From: Candidatus Poribacteria bacterium
GTDB taxonomy: Bacteria > Poribacteria > WGA-4E > WGA-3G
Length of the DNA: 64,000 nucleotides
Reading direction: 5' to 3'
Assembly (NCBI GenBank): GCA_965242965.1
Contig: OZ251518.1
Coordinates: 2,432,001-2,496,000, forward strand
Numbering within the stretch: the stretch's first letter is position 1; each line of letters starts with the position of its first letter. The position numbers and the translations under genes were made by a program. A model generated the notes under the pieces. It was not told the DNA's origin. It worked only from the letters and a program-made list of their open reading frames with translations, and ran no database searches. Positions 63,134-64,000 of the stretch are shown here, one piece after another.

Positions 63134-64000
63134 ATGACACGTGTGCCTTTCCAGACGTTGCGGGAACAATTTTATCGCGTCCTCGCCAGCGTCGGATTTA
63201 CCGGTGAGCGTGCGCGATTGTGCGCACGGCTGTTCGCCGAAAACCAACGCGACGGCGTTTATTCGCACGGACTGAACAGATTTCCTGGCTTCGTTGAGGG
63301 CCTCCGTAACAGAGCCATCAATTTTCGCGCCGTGCCGGTGAGAACCGAGAGTTTCGGTGCGCTGGAACGGTGGAACGGCAATATGGGAGTCGGGCTCGTC
63401 AACGCGCATTTCTGCATGCAACGCGCTATGGAAATCGCTGAAGCTAACGGTATCGGCTGCGTTGGGCTCTCAAATACGAACCACTGGATGCGCGGGGGTG
63501 CTTACGCGTTAATGGCAGCCGATACCGGTTACATCGGCATTTGTTGGACGAATACCACGAAACTGATGCCGCCGTGGGGCGCAACGGAAAAAAAGGTGGG
63601 GAATAACCCCATGGCAATCGCTATTCCTCGCGCAAAAGGGCACATTCTGCTGGATATGGCGATGAGCCAATATTCAAACGGGAAGTTGGAGGTGTTGAAG
63701 CTGCAAGGCAAGCAACTGCCGCTACCCGGTGGATACGATAGTGGTGGAAACCTTACAGTGGAACCGGGCGAGATTCTTGATTCCGGAAGGCCACTGCCTA
63801 TCGGCTATTGGAAAGGTTCCGGGCTCGCGTTGGTGCTGGATGCAATGGCGGCCGGCATTTCGGGTGGACAGGCAACGCATACCATCGCGCAGCAAGGTTC
63901 AGAATACGCTGTCTCCCAAGTCTACATTGCCATTAATGCCGCGCGCTTGATGGGACAAGCGGCGTTAGATGAAATGGTGGAAGCCATCATCGCCGATTTC
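63134..64000 (+). CDS. yiaK: 3-dehydro-L-gulonate 2-dehydrogenase (Ldh_2 family), 3'-partial
   Basis: Manual translation MTRVPF...DGVYSHGLNRF...NTNHWMRGG...CWTNT...GNNP...DMAMSQYS...IGYWKGSGL; absent from the ORF track because it runs off the window. Confidence 0.88.
   Translation, partial: MTRVPFQTLREQFYRVLASVGFTGERARLCARLFAENQRDGVYSHGLNRFPGFVEGLRNRAINFRAVPVRTESFGALERWNGNMGVGLVNAHFCMQRAMEIAEANGIGCVGLSNTNHWMRGGAYALMAADTGYIGICWTNTTKLMPPWGATEKKVGNNPMAIAIPRAKGHILLDMAMSQYSNGKLEVLKLQGKQLPLPGGYDSGGNLTVEPGEILDSGRPLPIGYWKGSGLALVLDAMAAGISGGQATHTIAQQGSEYAVSQVYIAINAARLMGQAALDEMVEAIIADF

Noticed and set aside
63035-63950. Short ORFs listed at the right end
   Set aside because: They overlap the yiaK-like gene that starts at 63134 and runs off the window.
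1-64000. tRNA, rRNA, integrase or transposase genes
   Set aside because: None was recognised; the defence island has no visible dedicated mobility gene in this window.

Overview
Bacterial chromosomal window. The host is inferred to be Poribacteria-like, from the PhyH/HEAT and Uma2 expansions and the dense intergenic hairpin repeats. Housekeeping genes (carB, nagB, holB, tmk, recJ, rel, rpmB, yiaK-like) are interleaved with many defence loci. (1) An 8-20.6 kb island holds an Ssp-like DNA phosphorothioation module (SspC-like ATPase and SspD-like PAPS reductase). It lacks SspB, SspA and canonical SspE. It is flanked instead by a GIY-YIG-like plus DGQHR pair and an SBD-HNH nuclease, followed by a CBASS locus with two CD-NTases around one patatin. 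Duplicated promoter and sspD 3'-end relics suggest two stacked ssp cassettes sharing one modification module. (2) A type III-A CRISPR-Cas locus has an HD-less Cas10, csm2-5, a CARF-HEPN effector, a broken cas6 and no cas1/cas2, with a 20-repeat array and a very acidic small ORF at its trailer end. (3) Two single-polypeptide restriction-modification genes and two tandem Uma2 nucleases are present. Many intergenic spaces carry mosaics of GTAG-type REP hairpins, several enclosed in a MITE-like shell with terminal inverted repeats and 8-9 bp target duplications. All calls come from motif reading only; no database searches were run.
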